64,000 nucleotides of DNA, taken from positions 31,994,001-32,058,000 of the forward strand of contig CM097885.1 in NCBI GenBank assembly GCA_044892525.1, written 5' to 3'. The stretch comes from Schmidtea polychroa. Its lineage: Eukaryota. Made by a program: the position numbers and the translations under genes. Below are positions 61,037-64,000 of the stretch, piece after piece. The notes under the pieces were generated by a model. It was given only the letters and a program-made list of their open reading frames with translations. It was not told the DNA's origin and made no database searches. The first letter of the stretch is position 1, and every line of letters begins with the position of its first letter.

Positions 61037-61557
61037 ATGTCTCAATTTATGGAAAATCTTTTAAGAGAACTCGTCAACAGGAATATTATGGAAAGCCTAT
61101 GTTTCCTGGTCGATGGGACCGAAAAGATTATAGAAGGTAATCACATTGATTATGACGATGTGATCAATTCTGATTGTCTCGAAACCAAAAAATTCTATTT
61201 TAATAGAATTTTTAACTGTCTATGCGACGATCAGATGAAGTGGACCCGAATACTAGTAGGGTTCGCTTATATGAAAATAATAATCCAAAGAAGTCTATGG
61301 GACTCAGAGCACTATTATCAGTGGTCTCAAGAAGTAATACTTTTATAATTTATATTTTATTAATATTTATTTTCTAGATAATCAAGTCAAAGTTTCAACC
61401 ATGGATTGAAGCCAATGGCGGATGGGGAGTACTCAATCAACTCGCCAGAAATGCAAAAGAAATAGACGATCAGAAAAGAAAATTTAAAAACTATGTAAAA
61501 CTTGCAACAGGTGTTGCTATTTTGTATATTTTAACCAGATTTTTAAATAAAAATTAA
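61037..61557 (+). CDS. Bcl-2 family protein, two exons (61037-61333, 61378-61557; 158 aa)
   Basis: BH1-like IFNCLCDDQMKWTRILVGFAY; after a 44-nt GT-AG phase-0 intron, BH2 FQPWIEANGGWG and C-terminal anchor LATGVAILYILTRFLNKN. Confidence 0.85.
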
Positions 61558-61640
61558 TATAGTTATTTTTGTTTGATTTTTAAATAAATTTTTAAATAAC
61601 ATTTTAAATAAATTTACAAACACTAATTAACTAAGATTTA

Positions 61641-62030
61641 TTAATTAACACATTCGCAGTCGTCATCTCCACATTTCATTATATTTTCAACGACATGATC
61701 AATACAATCATTCGTAATATTATCTTTAGATTCATCTTTAGGTTCCTCTATAGGTTCCTCTATAGGTTCCTCTATAGGTTCATAGATTTCCTCTCGAGTT
61801 TCTTCCTCATCAATTTCTTGAGTTTCTTCCTCATCATCAAATCCTGTATCTTGACTCTCAACTAACCAGCCGATATTTAAGGCATTTGTAATAGATAATA
61901 TATCCTCCATTTTCACACCAGATATTTCTGCTAACTTTTCCAACAAAAAGTTGATTAAAAATTCTAAATAATAAATAATTCGGTAATTAATTAATTAATC
62001 ATGTTAACCTTTTTCTACAGTCATTTTCAT
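61641..62030 (-). CDS. Small acidic protein, two exons (62030-62009, 61963-61641; 114 aa)
   Basis: ATG 62030 and a 45-nt GT-AG intron give in-frame MKMTVEKEFLINFLLEKLAEISG...; EEPI tandem repeats and a Cys-rich acidic tail. Confidence 0.65.
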
Positions 62031-62158
62031 CACTTTAAAACTAAATTATAAGTTTGTTTATAGATTTTCTTTGTTAAATTTGCATGTCATTTGCATTTAT
62101 GTTGCAATTAATAAAGAGAAAAAAACAAATCTGACTAATACATTTATTAAATATAACA

Positions 62159-62569
62159 TTAAAATATTTGTGAAAGTCTAGCAGACATAATTTTCCAAAT
62201 AGGAGAATATACATCATTATTATCAACTTTATATCCCTGGATTGCAATTGTTATATACCAATTTTCATTTTCTTTGAAAGCGATTTCATCAAAGGAATCA
62301 TAAAATCTTGCATATTTATTGTTGAACCATGCATGTTGATTACACGATAGATTCGAATCTATCCGTTTAAAAACATCATCAATAGTTTTGACATCAATCA
62401 TTGAAAGCGTGCCGGATAAGAATTCAAATTTAGTTGGAATTAGCTTGACTGGTGCAACCAATTTCATATTGATTTCTTCTTTCAAAAAATACATTTTGTA
62501 GTTGTGGAACATTTGAACTGGTTGTACCATTTCTTTAGGTTTTTCGGTGCTTGAAATTTTCTTGGTCAT
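62159..62569 (-). CDS. Hypothetical viral-type protein (136 aa)
   Basis: Clean ATG ORF with upstream TATAAAAA, TGACTCA and CCAAT motifs; family not confidently recognised. Confidence 0.65.
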   Translation of the reverse strand: MTKKISSTEKPKEMVQPVQMFHNYKMYFLKEEINMKLVAPVKLIPTKFEFLSGTLSMIDVKTIDDVFKRIDSNLSCNQHAWFNNKYARFYDSFDEIAFKENENWYITIAIQGYKVDNNDVYSPIWKIMSARLSQIF

Positions 62570-62917
62570 CGTGAATAATGAATAAATTTAAATGTTACAG
62601 GGTTTTTATACCTTTGACTCATGCCTATCAACCAATCAGATTATAGCATGTCTTTGTTTAAATTGCATTCAAAATGCATTGATGTTGCATTGTCACATGT
62701 TCTATTTACAGATTTATTATTAATGTTTAAATTATTACATGTTTTGATATATGTACAGATTTATTATTAATATGTTTCATTATTATTAATGTTTTTACTA
62801 TTATTACTATTCATATTTCTATTACTATTACTATTACTATTATTATTATTATTATTTCAAATATAAAACACAATAAAACACAATAAAAAAGATAAAACAC
62901 AATAAAAAATACATTTA

Positions 62918-63382
62918 TTAATAACCCAAATCTACAATCTTGGAGTAGTGAAACCTTCTCAGAGTTTTCACTAACTCCCATTCGACATATCGCCGATATC
63001 GATCGGCGCAACATGAGCATCCGATGATGCACTGGTACTCTGGCTCCATTTGTTTGATGGTTCTGTTAATCTTTATATCCCACAGAAACTGGTGAAATAC
63101 ATCCATGATTCGAATTTGAGTCGCATAGAATATCAGATCTGGAATGATCTCAGGTTCGCGATCCTTGATAATTTCAATAATTTGAGGATAATAATATTTT
63201 ATCCTTTTTATCATAACTTCTAAATATTTCTCTAAAATAATAAATAGTAAATAATGTGAAAAAAAAATTTTAAATTTACCGGAATCGTCGATATCTTTCA
63301 TGAGGGTTGCAGAGCTTGGTAATTTGTACATAGTGTTGAAAAAATGAATTCTAAACAAAAACCGTTTGTTTAAATCAATCAA
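62918..63382 (-). CDS. Hypothetical protein (up to 154 aa; likely ATG start at MYKLP)
   Basis: Open ORF packed between neighbours; contains CIIGCSCC; no recognised family. Confidence 0.55.
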   Translation of the reverse strand: MIDLNKRFLFRIHFFNTMYKLPSSATLMKDIDDSGKFKIFFSHYLLFIILEKYLEVMIKRIKYYYPQIIEIIKDREPEIIPDLIFYATQIRIMDVFHQFLWDIKINRTIKQMEPEYQCIIGCSCCADRYRRYVEWELVKTLRRFHYSKIVDLGY

Positions 63383-63404
63383 TAACCAATTAGAAATTAA
63401 CCAA

Positions 63405-63842
63405 TTAGAAATCGACCAATGAAATTATCTCATTTCGAACATTGTCAACAAATTCTCTATACTCCAAATTTCTCAACCCCAACATGACAACCTTTCCACT
63501 AGCAAACACGTTGACACATATAGGGTTATATTTTAATAGTCTTAGTGCCGGAAACAATTCCGGTTCAAACATACAATCACATTTTTTCGACATGTTATAT
63601 AGATTGATACTATGTCCCATATCCATAGTAACGGTAATTGATTGGATTTTAATATTATTTATTCGATATTGTAATTTATTAATATCCAAAGGTTTCTTAC
63701 ATCCCATGATTCTGCATTTACCAGTCTTGAAAAATATTATCGGATATTTCCCACTTCTATCGATAATTTGCTGGGGTTTCCCTGGTGGGAACCTCATATT
63801 CGATACATCAAAATTTCCTCGATAATTTATATTTGCTAACAT
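63405..63842 (-). CDS. TATA-binding-protein-like protein (145 aa)
   Basis: Two TBP repeats: IIFFKTGKCRIMG and NIKIQSITVTMDMGHSINL...FEPELFPAL...VNVFASGKVVMLG (cf. TBP YEPELFPGL, IFVSGKVVLTG). First repeat shortened; no introns. Confidence 0.88.
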   Translation of the reverse strand: MLANINYRGNFDVSNMRFPPGKPQQIIDRSGKYPIIFFKTGKCRIMGCKKPLDINKLQYRINNIKIQSITVTMDMGHSINLYNMSKKCDCMFEPELFPALRLLKYNPICVNVFASGKVVMLGLRNLEYREFVDNVRNEIISLVDF

Positions 63843-63941
63843 TATTAAATCATTTATGAAAATTAGTCTTTATATACAAATTGAGCACGAGTTCATTAAA
63901 TCATCGAATATAAACAAATACACATTTATAAAATATTTGAA

Positions 63942-64000
63942 ATGGAATTAAGAAATGATGCTGTATACCAAATCGTTGGTCCGAGTGGTAGTGGAAAAAC
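63942..64000 (+). CDS. P-loop ATPase N-terminus, probably Polinton A32/FtsK-like packaging ATPase (truncated by window end)
   Basis: MELRNDAVYQIVGPSGSGK(T): Walker A within the first 20 residues, as in Polinton packaging ATPases. Confidence 0.7.
   Translation, partial: MELRNDAVYQIVGPSGSGK

Overview
Very AT-rich eukaryotic (animal) genomic DNA with long (ATT)n and (TA)n tracts and short AT-rich introns. The overall style suggests a flatworm/planarian-like genome, but that is inference only. Host genes: an intronless IQUB, an intronless calmodulin-like gene, a multi-exon synaptotagmin-14-like gene (~28.5-47.5 kb), a recent partial duplicate of its C2B exons, and a much more diverged C2-only paralogue with the same intron positions. 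The rest is mostly transposon debris: several hAT families, mariner/Tc1/pogo fragments, Gypsy pol, and many Penelope-like element (PLE) pieces. Two things stand out. (1) From 59258 to the window end lies the left arm of a Polinton/Maverick-like endogenous DNA virus inserted into a Gypsy pol gene. It has an AGTAG terminus, a dense AP-1 plus nuclear-receptor site array, and an unusual cargo: a spliced Bcl-2 homologue, a TBP-like protein, a signal-peptide/coiled-coil/GPI-type protein, several orphans and the start of a packaging ATPase. A related decayed Polinton relic (pPolB plus terminus) sits at 12.8-15.4 kb. (2) Two separate dispersed repeat families carry minimal hammerhead-ribozyme folds with a compensatory U3:A8 core, often as head-to-head palindromes, alongside one canonical CUGAUGA hammerhead. 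All calls come from reading the sequence by eye; no searches were run.
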